Positions 26,531-41,745 of a stretch of 64,000 bases of DNA are shown piece after piece. Source of the DNA: Macrostomum lignano (Eukaryota). The DNA lies in NCBI GenBank assembly GCA_002269645.1, contig NIVC01000206.1:248001-312000 (forward strand), in the 5' to 3' direction. Each line of letters starts with the position of its first letter. Position 1 is the stretch's first letter. A program made the position numbers and the translations under genes. The notes under the pieces were generated by a model. It had not been told where the DNA came from. It saw only the letters and a program-made list of their open reading frames with translations, and searched no databases.

Positions 26531-29137
26531 TTTAACCAGATAGGTCAAACGATGCTATCTAAAGTACATTTAAGGCGAAAAAACTCAAGCCAAGCTTCGA
26601 TATGAATTGGCAAGATTATAGAAAAATATATAGGCCACAATTGTTTCAACCTGTTTATTTTAGTTAATAATTAATTTGCAAATAAACATGAGTTTCGCAA
26701 ATTAGTTATGATAATAATAATATAGTAAAGAAGCATAACCACAGTTACAAGAGCGTATTAAAAACTTAAGCCAACCACCCACCCAGAAAAACCTTGGAAC
26801 ATAATGAGCAGTTGATAGTTAATAGTATTAAAACAGTGAATTACATAATAATAATTCAACAAACGTCAGAAACATTCACCACCTGAATCTTTCATCACCT
26901 ATCACTCATCAAAAAAGCTAGCATTTTGGTTGCACCGTTAACTAAAAAAAAAAAACCAGACATTTCACACAGCTAATTTATTGATTAAATTCATTTGCTA
27001 AAGAAAATTAGCACACGAAGGATTCAATCAAAATCATGTAGTAAACTGATCGGACAGAAGCAACAATTGCAAAACAAAATTAGCACAAAAAAGACGAAAA
27101 TTCGAACAGAAAAATATGATTATTCATCATATTTATCAATTCATTTGTGCTTTTGAGTCCCTACATTAAATCTTTAACATTTAAATTTTACAATCCAGCA
27201 TGCGAACCGCGTGGTGTTTTAACTCGCTTAACTCAAATTCCAACCATAGATACTAAAAATACCAAGTTAGCATCGCCTTGTCTGGTCTACTCAGTTCAGT
27301 AGCAAAATTAGCGTTTTTTGCTAATTTTAGAACTGAGATGGAAAATAGATTTGATTTCGCAATTGCATTTAATAGGTCATTTAGGTATGGGTGATTTCAA
27401 TATGAAACTTTAAACCTACTAAACCATTAGAATAGGCGATTCTAGTAAGACACCTGAACACTTTACCTTTTGATAACCGATATGTATCGAAAATAACTTT
27501 TCTCACTAGTCGTGAAATTCAAATTAGAAGTCAAAGCGAGACAAAGCACAACTGAGCTCGGGATTATATAGGCAGATTAAAATTTTCGGATGCAGTTGAA
27601 TTGATATTAAAAATAATTCCGTCACAGAAACTCAATGAAAAATAAATCAATACCAGCAGCATCGCGACTCTGCGCTGCTAGCACAATCACAAAGTGTGCA
27701 AGTGTGTGTTATTGGAACGCTGTACGCCCGTTGCTTTCTTGTAGAGTGACGTCACAGGTAAAAAATGAATAAATAATAAATGTGTGAACCCGATATGATT
27801 ATATACCATGTCAGACACTGAAATATAATGAGGATATATTAATGGTCGTTACGAAGAACAATTAATAAATTAATTATATAGTAAAAATACTCGATGGCGC
27901 AATCAATTGCTAATGTAATATTACAAGTTTACCTTATGCAAAGGTTCCGCGGAGCAGGTGAAGAAGAACAAAGTGTACTTTATTGAGGACAAAAAATACA
28001 TATATAATAGCGATAACTCTGGGGCAAAGCTAGCAATATACGGGGACAGGTATATGAGTTGCAGAAAACCTAAAGAACTACTAAACTGCCTTGGCCAAAT
28101 CTGACAATTAAAAGCGGGAAGAGAAGCTCAACTGTCTTTCCGAAAGAAAAATATCAGGCACGAAAATTAGCAAGGTAGCAACAGTAGCTCAAAAGAGATT
28201 CTATGCGGAAATGAGAAGAGGAAATATTAATTATGAACCAAAAAGTTTATTAGGAAAACAATGCCAACAACTTTACATCGGGTGCAATTAAAATGATGCA
28301 CTACTTACTCAACAATCTAATCAGTAAGCAGTGTGCGTATTAAGGATATCAGAGAAATACCAGTCGAAAATTTGTAGCAAATTTATTATTGCCATTAATA
28401 AAAAACTGAAAATGAGCTTGCACAACCCAGGCCTTCCGTTTTGGTGTACATACGTTTGAATGTCTGTCTGTCTGTCAGCCTGTCTGTCTGTCTGTCAGCC
28501 TGTCTGTCTGTCTGTCAGCCTGTCTGTCTGTATGTCCTGTCTGTCTGTCAGCCTGTCTGTCTGTATGTCTCGTATCTATTTATCAATCCATCCATCTATG
28601 TATCTATCTACGCTCGTATCTCAACACTTTAGTGCACCTGCCAATCACAAAAACATATCTCAAAACACGGAAGGCCCGAACTGTGTACATCTCAACATCG
28701 CAGGAAATCACTGCTGAATATGTACGGCTCGTATTGCATGCTATGAAGTTACACGCAAAGCACATGAAATGACCTCAAAAACTCACAAAAGACACCAAAG
28801 AGCAGGCGACCAAACAAAAATGTCTACAACGGTTGGTCAGAATTAAGACTAGTAGACACATATGGGTAACTCACTACTCGCCTGTTAGAAGCATTTATTA
28901 AGTAGTATTTAACTGGCATGCAGAAAAACAAGAAACAAGTAATTTACCCAATTCTATGTACAGCATGGCAGGGGCAGTTACAGAGAATTCATTATAAGCT
29001 ATAACTTCAACCGGAGGGTTCCAATTCCGACACCAATGTTACTGTGCAGTAGAGAACAAAAAAACAAATTAAACAGTAATATCGCGTATACTACTAGTGG
29101 AACTAGTAGTTTAAACGGACATTTATCTATAATTGAT

Positions 29138-32100
29138 TTATTGTTGTTGCTGCGACCTAACCGGGCATAGAAAATCCTCTTTATCCTCGATAAAATATTG
29201 CTTCTCATGCAGGTAGCTTTTCACTCTGATTGGCAATGGCAGCCGGTCGATGTGGTCGCGGCGAGTTCTGGCTAGAATTTCAAATCGGCACAGGTGACTC
29301 AGCGAGGTCATCACGGTGAATCTAGACAGGGGATACAGCATCGACACTTGAATTGGCGGCATGCCAGGCGCGCTGGACGATAGAAAGTAGTGAAAATTGC
29401 CAGTCTTTGAATAAGCGACCGCACTTTCAATGAATTCTACTATGGTGCTGGCCGAATGGTTCTCCGGCTGCGACCAGAAGCTGAACTTGCCTGAAATTAT
29501 TCACGATGGGGCGGAATAGCGAAGTGTGAACTTACTATTTACATCTGGGAAGCTAGTTGCTATGCAATGGGGATCTGGGAAGCTATTTGCTATGCAATGG
29601 GGATCTGGGACGCTATTTGCAATGCAATGGGGATCTGGGAAGTTAGTTGCTATGCAATGAGAATCTGGGAAGCTAGTTGCTATGCAATGGGGATCTGGGA
29701 AGTTAGTTGCTATGCAATGAGGATCTGGGAAGCTAGTTGCTATGCAATGAGGATTTGGGAAGCTAGTTGCTATGCAATGAGGATCTGGGAAGCTGGTTGC
29801 TATGCAATGGAGATCTGGGAAGCTAGTTGCTATCCAATGGGGATCTGGGAAGCTAGTTGCTATTCAATGGGGATCTGGGAAGCTAGTTGCTATGCAATGG
29901 AGATCTGGGAAGCTAGTTGCTATCCAATGGGGATCTGGGAAGCTAGTTGCTATGCAATGGGGATCTGGGAAGCTAGTTGCTATCCAATGGGGATCTGGGA
30001 AGCTAGTTGCTATGCAATGGGGATCTGGGAAGCGCAAGCTGTAACCGAATAAGTTCGACAACTTATGCCAACTCCATGTACGCAACTGCAGTGCGCATTA
30101 TTTAAAAGTACGCAAGCCAACACGTGTTTGGCAAGAACGTACACTAGAAAGGGGGGAGAAGCTTAAAGTCAGCTAGCGAATTTCATAAAAATTAATAATT
30201 GCTAGGAAGCAAAAAAAGTTGTTTTCTTGTGCTTGCTCTCTCTCTGTCTCTCTCTCTCTCTCTTAAAAGGGCAAATAGAGAAAACTGTGCCAAAATTCTG
30301 GTAGCTGGCAGTTGACGGGCACAGAGAGCGGTTGGGTAAGAAACGAGAGAGGCGCGCGCACACAGACACAGAGTGCAAAAACGTGCTTTGCATTGCGGAT
30401 ATGTAGATATATCGCTATTAGTCCTTACTAAGTATTTTTATGGTATGGCGCGAAGGGAAGAGAGACGAAGATTTTTCCTTAGGAAACAGGGAAACTAGGA
30501 GAAGTAAGAGGCGCGGAGCGAAACAGACACAAGGCAACTGCAAGTGTGTGTTGAACTGCATTCCATCCGAAGCCTGGACTAAATCTATCTAAATAGCATT
30601 ATGCCGAAGAGGAAGGTCAGCTGTCAAGAGCTGGGCGAAGTTTGTTGGTGTGGTGGTTTTTAGCTGGATTTAGGACAGTTAATATCCGTATGCCCCAACA
30701 CCTAAATAATCCCTTTGCCAACACCTGAATAATCCCTTTGCCAACACCTGAATAATCCCAAAAATTCCAAAAATCCTTTTGCCATGTGAATAATCCCTTA
30801 ATATCCATTCAATAAGGAACCCTAATAATACTTAGCCAACAGTTTAATAAGTGCAATACAGCACAGAATCAGTAAGCTGATTTCAAACGGCACAAGCTTA
30901 ATAGTACAAAGCAATAATCACTCTCTTGTGTGTGCACTTTAGGGACAGAAAAGACAGGAGAGGCGGCTGCGCTGAAGCACAGGGGGTGATTTTTCTTCAA
31001 TTCGACCGACACTATCAGCAGGGGGTGGCATGCTGCTGGAGTTCGTGCGTGCATTTTTATGTGCTAGCTAGGCCAGCCATTCTCCTTATATAGTTTGCCA
31101 TCCCACGCATGCTGTTGCCGTATTTCCGCTGCCTTAGGGTAACTCAGTACAGCATATACATTCATATCAAAATACTATCGGCCTAGGCAGTTCAGGAATC
31201 CTCGTAACCTAAAAGTATTCCATTTCCATAATTCTCCTCCGCTTCTTTTATTCTCAGCTTCACGCGGGCCAACAAACAAATAAATGTAGTAAATGATTAG
31301 ATCTACCTGTCTACTTCTTGCTCTCCGATAGTCTATTTCTAGCTGTACCATTGTCTACTTTCTAGCTCTCCGATAGTCTATTTCTAGCTGTACCATTGTC
31401 TACTTTCTTGCTCTCCGATAGTCTATTTCTAGCTGTACCATTGTCTACTTTCTTGCTCTCCGATAGTCTATTTCTAGCTGTACCATTGTCTACTTTCTTG
31501 CTCTCCGATAGTCTATTTCTAGCTGTACCATTGTCTACTTTCTTGCTCTCCGATAGTCTATTTCTAGCTGTACCATTGTCTACTTTCTTGCTCTCCGATA
31601 GTCTATTTCTAGCTGTACCATTGTCTACTTTCTTGCTCTCCGATAGTCTATTTCTAGCTCTACCATTGTCTACTTCTTGCTCTCCGATAGTCTATTTCTA
31701 GCTCTCAGATTGTCTACTTCTAGCTCTCCGATTGTCTACTTCAAGCACTACCATTGTCTACTTCTAGTTATCCCATTGTCTACTTCTACTTCTAAAAGTA
31801 ACCTACTTCTTTTCCTCACAGTCCACTTCTATCTCTACCATAGTCTGCTTCTATCTCTCCAATAGTCTACTTTCAACTCTCCCTATAATCTACCGCTATC
31901 TCTCATAGTCTACTTCTATCTTTCCTCATAATCTACTGTCATCCCCTATAGTCTACTTCTAACGCAGGCAGTAAATAATAAGTTGTGGTCTCAGGCACAG
32001 AGTGATTACCCAAATTCGTAGTCCTACTTTATGATCGTGATCCGCAATAAAATCAATGCAGCGTACAGATCATATTTGCTATAAACAGCAGAGAATTAGT

Positions 32101-35100
32101 GGCGGAATGGGCAGTGCAGACGGACCAGATTGCAACATGTGCTACAATTTTCTACTAGCGCTACTTAGCGGCTAAACCGCTCCACCAAAACCATTAATAA
32201 CTAGGAAGCCATTACGAGCAATAGAAGATTAACCGCCTTGAGTTTGCCCATAGGGTGAGTATTTTATTACCAGCTTATCTCCCCCCACCAGGCTCTGATT
32301 TTTTGGAGCTACTGTATAAGCAGGAAGCTCGGGTCCCTTATCATTGCTGTTCTCTGCCTAAGAGCAAAATAAACATATAATTCTATATGTACAAGTAATA
32401 TGCTAGATTAAGGACTAAACTATAAAATGCCCGTCAATGGACCCACATCCTCAGCCAGCCTCCCAGATCCTCAGTTGCTGGGCCAGCCTCCCAGATCCTC
32501 AGTTGCTGGGCCAGCCTCCCAGATCCTCAGTCGCTGGGCCAGCCTCCCAGATCCTCAGTTGCTGGGCCAGCCTCCCAGATCCTTAGTTGCTGGGCGAGCC
32601 TCCCAGATCTTCAGTTGCTGGGCCAGCCTCCCAGATCCTCAGTTGTTGGGCCAGCCTCCCAGATCCTCAGTCGCTGGGCCAGCCTCCCAGATCCTCAGTT
32701 GCGGGGCCAGCCTCCCAGATCCTCAGTTGCGGGGCCAGCCTCCCAGATCCTCAGTTGCTATGCCAGCCTCCCAAATCCTCAGTTGCGGGGCCAGCCTCCC
32801 AGATCCCCAGATCCTCAGCTGCTGTGTCAGCCTCCCAGATCCTCAGTTGCTGGGCCAGCCTCCCAGATCCTCAGTTGCTGTGTCAGCCTCCTAGATCCTC
32901 CAGCGCCCCCGGCAGCAACTCACCCTTGTTGTGCTCAATCCTGGTGTGATAAGTCTGGCTCCTGGCCCGGAAGCTCAGGCTCACAATATAAGAATCGTGG
33001 GCCGAATCGCGAACAAGAAACGTTCCATCTGGCCGGTTATTTAGCATGTCCTCGGCGTCTGTGCAGCTTAGCGGGCCGAAGTACCACGGTTTCTGGGGTG
33101 GAGTGGATAATTAGAAATTGTTATTTTAAAGCATATTGTACGCACCGAATATATAGAACTAAAAAACACATTTCGAAATTGCCTAAATCAAACTACTTGT
33201 ATACCTAAAACTAATATCTCTTAAACTAAATTATAAACTAAACTATACCTAAAATCTCTTCAAGCAAAACAGAAACCTTTTACATATAATATACTCAAAT
33301 CTAAATAAAACCAACCCTTCAAAATAAAGTTTTCACAATCGCATTCTGACTACAAGGTATTTATATTCAATATGTTTTCATAGTTTAAACATTAGTCAAA
33401 GAAAACAATGGCCAAAATAACAAAAACACACAGGAACAACAGTAGCGCTTGTTGAGGTCGCGACCTAATTTCTGACTCTAAGAAATATAGTACGAAGATT
33501 GAAAAACTGTTCTGCAATGGAAACAGTAACACAAAGATAGATATGATCAAAATCCATCATTCAATACACACACAGCACTATGCACACACAGATTAGCCTA
33601 TGATAGCAAACATTTACCCTACCTAGCTAAATTGTGTGGTTGCAACTGTCAGGAAACAGAAACACAGATAGAGAGAGAGAGAGAGAGAGAGGGTATAGAG
33701 GGTGCAGAACACCTAGTCTGCTGCCATAATAATTTCGTGCCAAAACTAAGTTGGCACTGCGCCAACTCCGGCCCCCAGTTGGGGTCCACAAGGTCAGCTT
33801 GGCACAAACAGAGAGAAAGTGACTTTCCCAGTAAGGTGGTAATTTTAAGGTCACACAGAATTTGGCACAACTGCACCTGCACCAAGAATTGATGGGTGCA
33901 ACAAACTCGGTTTTCGATGCTTTAACAAAAACTAACGGAAATGCAGCAGTTGGCGTATTAGTTACATTACATTAGGCAAGGTGGTGAAAATAATAATTGC
34001 AATACGAGTGTACTCTATTTTAACCGTATTTTTTTATTCTCATGAAACTTTCTGCACGATTTTTATGCTTTTGTGGTTTTATACACTCGCCTCAGTTTTC
34101 AGTAGTTAAGCGACAAAATTTTCTAGGTTGCTGAAATCGATCCGGTTCTAGATGAAAAAATACAGCCTGCCTGCCTGTGTCTGTCTGTCCGTGTCTGCCA
34201 TCTGTGTCTGCCTGTCTGTGTCTGCCTGTCCGTGTCTGCCTGTCTGTGTCTGCCTGTCCGTGTCTGCCTGTCTGTGTCTGCCATCTGTGTCTACCTGTCC
34301 GTGTCTGCCTGTCCGTGTCTGCCTGTCTGTGTCTGCCATCTGTGTCTGCCTATCTGTGTCTGCCTATCTGTGTCTGCCTGCCTGTCTATCTGTATCTGAC
34401 TGTCTGCCAGTCTGCCTGCCTGTCAGTGTCTGCTGGTCTAGCTGTAACTGCCTCTCTGTCTGCCTATCTGTGTCTACCTGTCTGCGTCTGTCTGTCTACC
34501 TGTATCCGAGGAACTCTCCAAAACCAGTTATTAATAGCAGTTACTAATGCATAATTTGGTTAGCTACTAAGCAATTCATTTACTTGCATGGAAAACTGAG
34601 GCTTTCATTCTAATAATGAAGAAAAAGCAGACAATCTAGTTGTAGGTCTACACTTGGCACTGTGCCAACAGCACAAATAAGTACTATGCGCCTAGTAGCA
34701 AGCTTAGCTATTTGTGCTACCGTTTTTTTCGTTTATTACGCATATAATAATAAGAAATTCGCAGACGCAGTATAACTATACTTAATAATATAATATAACT
34801 AGTAAACACAGGTTAACTATAGGTGTGGCGCCATCAATCCAACAAGTTCGGCATTAATTTGTTCAGCAGACTAAGAGCGTCAGAGAAAACTCGATGTTGT
34901 AAAACCTAGCAGGAAAGACAGTTGCCTGCCAGATTATACGCCCTAGCAACCATGGCGTCAGGAGGAGACAGACGGACATAGCGGAATAGTTCAGGGTGGG
35001 CCAGCCAGTCAAGTTCGCCCAAGCCTTGGCTTGGTGGTCCAATATCAATCTATCTTACCTGCCTATAAACCCTATTCGTTTCCATGTGCAGTTGGCAACA

Positions 35101-35116
35101 ACAAGTCCTTCGCTTC

Positions 35117-35159
<43 letters not shown>

Positions 35160-35625
35160 CTCTCCTTATCTCGTCCGTCTGGTGGCCTTGGCTTCCGTTG
35201 CATCCCTGCGTAGCTCAAACAGTCTAAGCTATTAGTTTGCTGGCAGTGCTAATGTATAGCTCTATAATCCCTACATGCTTAATATGGTGGGCTGGCTAAG
35301 GCTAAAAAACTGACTACTATTGTTCCCTAATCCCACACATACTCTGGCGCAATCCTTATTTTTAATTTGCATTTTCAGACATCAACTCGAAAATATAACA
35401 AATCAGATTTTCAAAATTTGCCTTCAGAAAATATTATCGTAAAAACAGAGGCAAAGCCGACAAACACCAAGACAGACAAACAGACAGACACACACACAGA
35501 CAGACAGACAGACAGACTGACAGACAGACAGACAGACAGACAGACAGGCAGACAGACAGACAGACGGGCAGGCAGACAGAGAGACAGACAGGCAGACAGA
35601 CAGACTGACAGACAGACAGACAGGC

Positions 35626-35674
<49 letters not shown>

Positions 35675-35697
35675 GGCAGACAGAGAGACAGACAGGC

Positions 35698-35730
<33 letters not shown>

Positions 35731-38387
35731 GGCAGACAGACAGACAGACAGACAGACAGAGAGACAGACAGGCAGACAGCGGCTGCAGGACAGAGAGAAC
35801 AAAAGGTTCAGACAGCAAAATCCCGTCTAGTCTCGTTCAGTTCAGTCCAAAAATCCAACAAACGCACACACAGCCGGCCTAGAAAGATGGATGACTCCAC
35901 CATCACAGTAGCGTGAAAAGCCGATAGCGGCTATTAAAAAGTCCGATACCCAAATACCCCCTCGCCCTCCTAATCGCAATCGGATTGGACTGCGCCGCTG
36001 ACGCTGATGAAGGCATCAGTTTAAGCCAAATAATAAATTATGGACTATATATCTATGCCAGCTTAACTGTCATCGTACAGTGATATAGTGGCCAGCGGTA
36101 GATGGATAAATAAATATCCGCATAGGATTGCTGAGTTGGCTTGACCGCAATTCTGGGGAAAGCTGCTTAAACTCAGAAATAGTGCAACAACGAAATTCTA
36201 CTAACAAAATTGCTGGATTCTTGAGCTTTTGGGATTGGGAGTTATATAATGAGGATTTAAGGTACTTACATACTATGGGAAATATCGAGACTCAAAGACA
36301 CAATATGGTGAATTTAGCGACTCAGACACAGAATATGAGAAATCCTAAGACTCGAGGCCACAATATATAGAACCCAGGGACTTAAAGTAACAATATGGGG
36401 AATCCAGGGACTTAAAGAAACAATATGGGGAACCCAGGGACTCAAAGACACAATATGCGGAATCAAGGGACTTAAAGAAACAATATGGAGAATCCAGGGA
36501 CTTAAAGAAACAATATGTGGAATCCAGGGACTTAAAGAAACAATATGGAGACTCCAGGGACTCAAAGACTCAATATTGGGAATTTAGAGGCTCAAAGAAA
36601 CAATATGGGGAATCCAGGGACTCAAAGAAACAATATGGGGAATCCAGGGACTTAAAGATACAATATTGGGAATTTAGGGACTTAAAGACAATATTGGGAA
36701 TCTAGGGGCTCAAAGACACACTATGGGAAAATCAGGGACTGAAAGACACACTATGGGAAATTTAGGGACTCAACGACACAACATGCGGAATTCAGGGACT
36801 CAAAGATACAATATGAGGAATCCAAGGACTCAACGACACAATATGTGGAATCCAAGGACTCAACGACACAATATGAGGAATCTAAGGACTCAACGACACA
36901 ATATGTGGAATCCAGGGACACAAAGATACAATATGGGAAAATCGGAGACGAATTCTCTGAGAATCCAACAACCCTGAGATTTTCACTCAACATTAGTCAC
37001 TCACCCGCTTGAGTTGGCTGAGATTTTCCAAGAAACCAATAGCCAATTTGCTAGCGGAAGACTGTCGCTGCAAGGAAGAGCCTGCATCAGCGGACGCGGC
37101 CACCTGCTGCTGTCTAGATGCTCTCGGTGGTAGCCGAGGCGGCAATCGCTGTTGCGGCAAAGCCGACGCAGGCGCAGCCGGAGTCGCCGCCGGCCTGGTT
37201 ACTATGGCAACGCCAGAATTTCCACCCGAACCAGCAGCAGAAGAAGCTAAGGAGGCCGCGGCGGCGGCTGACAACGGCACGGGCCGGTGCAGCGGCGGCG
37301 CCGTCAACAGCTGGAAAGCTGAAGGCGACGTGGACGAACCGGCAGACGACGAGTTGGACCGAGGAGGCGGCGGGCGTTGAAGCAGGTGCACGGGACTGAG
37401 ACCGGTACGCCGTAGCGGACTTGGCGGATCCGGCGTCTCCGTCTGGAAGCTCCTGTGCTGCTGCTGCTGGCGACGTCGCTGACGGTGGGACGGTGGCAAC
37501 GGTGGAGGCGAGGGCGGGAGAGGCGGCAGCGGCTCCGAAGGCGGAGGTGGAAGCAGCCGAGACGTCTGCTGTTGCTGCTGCTGCGGCTGCTGCGAAGGCA
37601 TCGGCGGAGGCGGCGACGGAGGCAGCTTACACGCTGCTTGCCGATGCCCATCAGTGAGTGCAGAAGCTTTGTCGCTGATCCGATCAACAGATGATGACGA
37701 GGATTCATTCTGCCGACGAAACAGATTCTTCAATTTCGCCCGAAACCCGCCGCCACCGCCTCCGGGAGGCTTGGACTTGGCAGCGGACGCCGTTAGCAAG
37801 GATTTCTCCGACGATGGGGCCAGAGAGTTGGACAGCTGATGCGGACTCGGCGCCGGGCCCTGTGACACGCTGCGGCGCCTGCCGCCGAAACCGGCCAGCC
37901 ATTGTCGCCGGCGCCGTTTAGCCTGTTGGCCAGACTGCACTAATTGGCACGCTGTCAAAGGCCGGCAAGGCGGTATGTGGTTCACTGGGCTGTAGTTGCG
38001 GCGAGACTTATCGTTTGCTGCGGCCACGGCGGTGGCGGCAGCTGCGGCCGCTGCCGCTGCGGCGGCGGCTGCTTCAGCTGAATCGGCGGGACAAAGCGGA
38101 GGGTGCAGCGGACAGGAGGCGGCCCGAGGCTGCGCCAGTTGCTGCGTCGGCGCGGGCTGATGCGACGCCTGGCGCGGATGCCGGCGCAACAGCAGGCTGG
38201 CGGCTGTGGAGCGCGCCGGGACAGGGGGCGGTGGAGGGGTGGGCGGCCGGGGCTGCGGCTGCAGACTGTACTGATGCTGGTGGTGCCGCATGGTGGCATC
38301 AGTATTGGGGAAGGTGGCGGCGGCGGCGGCTGCTGCTGCGGTTGACTGCATTAGCGAGCCGGGCCTGTGCCTAGTGCTGTCAATCAT
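29138..38387 (-). CDS. SOCS7: SOCS7-like suppressor of cytokine signalling; exons 38387-37005, 33092-32924, 29490-29138; about 634 aa
   Basis: Pro/Gln/Ala-rich N-terminus; SH2 domain [31 protein letters not shown]|[17 protein letters not shown]; SOCS box [24 protein letters not shown]. Junctions are GT-AG, phases 0 and 1. The start ATG is uncertain (38387 or 38351). Confidence 0.9.
29540..30035. repeat. 30-bp minisatellite in SOCS7 intron 2
   Basis: atctgggaagctagttgctatgcaatgggg units. Confidence 0.95.
31305..31750. repeat. 45-bp minisatellite in SOCS7 intron 2
   Basis: Unit starts at 31396, 31441 and 31486. Confidence 0.95.
32445..32900. repeat. 28-bp minisatellite abutting the SOCS7 exon 2 donor
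   Basis: ggccagcctcccagatcctcagttgctg units. Confidence 0.95.
34160..34500. repeat. Degenerate (tgtctgcc)-type microsatellite
   Basis: Direct inspection. Confidence 0.9.
35470..35780. repeat. (GACA)n microsatellite
   Basis: Direct inspection. Confidence 0.95.
36290..36945. repeat. 30-bp degenerate minisatellite in SOCS7 intron 1
   Basis: ggaatccagggactcaaagaaacaatatgg-like units. Confidence 0.9.
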
Positions 38388-40744
38388 GCACGCGTTGCCA
38401 TGCAAAAAACGGCAACAATAAATGCAGAAATTTATAAATTTGTACACCACCAGATTTCATTGAATCAATAATTTCACAAGTTGTTGAGACTCTTGTAGGA
38501 TTTCAAGGCTTCTATCAATTATCAAATTTGAGTACTCTATAAACATGAAGTCTGTAGACTTTTACAAGTTCTTAAGTCAATTTTATTCAAAACTAAGTTG
38601 AATACAAATTCCAGACTCAATTTTTAAGACTCAACTTTATGACTATGATTAGAACATATTATATAAATCAAAGTTTTTTTTTATAAACTATGTCCTTAAA
38701 TTCTTAAATTTACAATGTATACTAGAAATTCTGGCCTATAGACCATTTCTAAGACTAACAGGCTAGCATAGTGCGATGACATACAGAATAAAAAACTGCT
38801 GGAATGGTATATAAACATTTCAAAAAGTGTCTATGAGTATTATCTAGTGCATCATGAAAAAAGTTTCTGGTATAGCAAGGAGCACCTAAAATGTGTAGGT
38901 GTCTAATGCACATCTATAGGTTTTCTAAAAGCTCTTGGTGCATATCCATAGGTTTTTTAATGAAAATATTTGAATGCTAAAATATTCTAATATTCTAAAA
39001 AAGCTTGGGTTTATAGTGCTATACTAAATACTTTTTAAATTTATTATTATATTGTCATTGTTTACTATATATCATTGCATATTACAAATTGTACTAATGT
39101 AATTTTAGTACAATTTATTAATGAGAAAAAAATAAATAAACTATAGAATAGCTTTAAAAATGCAAAAGTCTTCAAATAGAACTCTTAGCAAGCATTTGCA
39201 TTCAGCATAATCATTGATTATACAAAATAATTACTGCATTTTCTAGCATCTATGATCTAGTATAATCTAGACTAGCTACTTAAGTATAGTATTAATTCTT
39301 AATACTTGGTTAATATTAAATTGAAGGTTAAAACATAAGATTCCAATAAGATTTTAAACATTTTAAAAATATTTTTTTAATAATTTTTTATTCTTTTTAT
39401 AAATCTTACTTTTTTAAATAAAAAGATCTAGCCTACTTTATTTTTGAAAGTTGATCAAAAGTTTTGTAAGTTTTCTAAATTCTTTATCTTAAATTTCAAT
39501 ACTTTTAGCAGATGATTCTTTTATGTTCCCCTGCCCCTATAAATTTCAAATTTTCATTTTTTCAGCTGAAAATGATTTTTTCAAGTAAATTTAATGTGAA
39601 ATTTATACCTTAAAATTGCTTATGCTTAATTGGATAGCTATATTAATTCTTTAAAAAAGTTAGCATAAACTTATACAATCAACTTTTTTACTTTAGCATG
39701 AAACCCAAATTGAAAGGGAATAAAATTATTCAATCCATAGTTCAACATATAGAAAAATAACATGCAGTACTGGCAACGCACCCAACATAATTCAAGAATA
39801 ACGTACCTAGCTTCCACTATTGAGGACAATGTCAATGAAGGTAATATCCAACTAGGCCAGGCTGCCCACACTTATGAACCACAACTGTAGGTCACAATAA
39901 AGGTATGAAGCCTACTCAGTTAGTACAGATTACCAATTGGACTTGTGAAGCCTCACAACCTTAGCTACCTATTGACCTCCCATTTGAGATGGCATTAGAG
40001 TGATTAGACCAAATTCCTTAAGGATTTCTATCTAACAACATCTATATTAAAAGAATAATAGCAAGCATCAGCCCTATCTCCATAGTTCAGAACATCCTGA
40101 ATATATACCAGACTAAAATCTAGCACAATTTATTTGGTAAACTAGTGTATGCCAATTTTTTCTAACCCTGAAAAATTGTAATCTTTTAAAAAATGAGGCT
40201 CATTATGAGCTTTGTTTTTGGTGACGCAGTGTACCGAATGACTTTTTTTTGCTAATATTCTTTATAGCAAAAAGTTAATATATGCCAAGATTTCTTTAAT
40301 TCTTTCAAAATAACTACTTTCCATTTAAATTTACTTTTATTTTACAATTTGATTCCGCAACTGCAAAAACATGTATGCTACTTTTTCACTATACATTTTA
40401 TATGCCAGATTAAAAAAAATTGTATACCAAGTGTATGCCAAGTCATGAGTGTATGCTAGATTAATCTAGTATACCACCCTTCTTCCAGACTATGGCCCCA
40501 TATCTTGTTGTTCATCTTTAATTAGCTCAATATTCTTGCATTATGTAAAATATGGTTCTTAGATAGGACTTTTGATATTATCAACATGCTATTCAAGTAA
40601 CTATACTCCATTCATTATTATGTCCAAGAAGGTATAACTATAAAGCAGGTTTTGCTAGCTTTTGCAATAATGTCAGGTAAGTCTTTGCTTAACTATATAG
40701 TTATTTTTACTCATTGAGATAGGGCCTTAGCAAGCAATGAATAT

Positions 40745-41745
40745 AATCCACTTTGGTAACATCCACTTCGGTAACAGCCACTTTGAAAACAAAAAAATGA
40801 CTACTTTGATAATAGCCACTTTGGTAATAGCCAGTTTGGTAAAAAAGCAGATTTATGATTATCAACTTTATATCTTTATGGTAATTAATTACCTTTTGCA
40901 ACAACAAAGGGCTAGGCAGCATATTGAAATTGAAAATTCAAAGTAATTAATAAAAGGAAAAAATAGATTCTATAGTTTTAAGTTGTTAACTTAGATAATC
41001 TAATGTGCATCATATTTAATCAGTTATACCAAGATGGAATTTTTGTACAAAATCCTAGATGTATTTCGTGCACATTGACAAAAACTTGTGCACTTGTGCG
41101 CATATTTCTAGCAAACTTGTGCAACTTTAAAAGGTTTATATGCGTGCAACTTATTGTTCTAAGAAATATTGCATAACTAATAACTTCAAAAAAAATTTAA
41201 ATATTGCACTTGTTGCAGTAAAACAAAGTTATTCCATATTTAAAAACAAAGCCTCTGCAAACTACATTAAACTCAAAAGAAAATTATAAAATTTATTTTA
41301 ACTTTAACAAAACATTGTAAAAAAGTTGCTTAAAAATTCAATTTCAAGTGCCAAAGAACTTGCATGGTTTTGGTTCCAAAATTATCATGCAAAGATTCCA
41401 TCTTGGCAGTTACAAGATGTCTTAGTGCATGTATCTAAGGTAAGATATAAGGTCTAAAGTAAGGTATTTTAATCTGGAAATTAAAATAGATTGGTAAAAA
41501 CACTTTTAAACAAGTTAAACATATGTACTATGTAGATGAACATTCTCTCAAAGTGTATGAGAATATATCTTAATTATTTTTGTTGTTCTTCTTTTAAAGT
41601 TCATAGTTGCATTCTTTTGAAACATATCAATTATTATATACATGTACTATTATTCTAAGTTTTTACCATAGTGGCCATTACCAAAGTGGTCATTTTTTGT
41701 TACTAAACCAAAGTGGCTATTACTAAAGTTGACTATTACCTTAGC
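40745..41745. mobile_element. Old, decayed TIR element of about 1 kb
   Basis: Left gccactttg..aacaaaaaaatgactactttgataatagccactttggtaa matches the reverse complement of the right end (ttaccatagtggccattaccaaagtggtcattttttgtt..ccaaagtggc). Confidence 0.55.
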
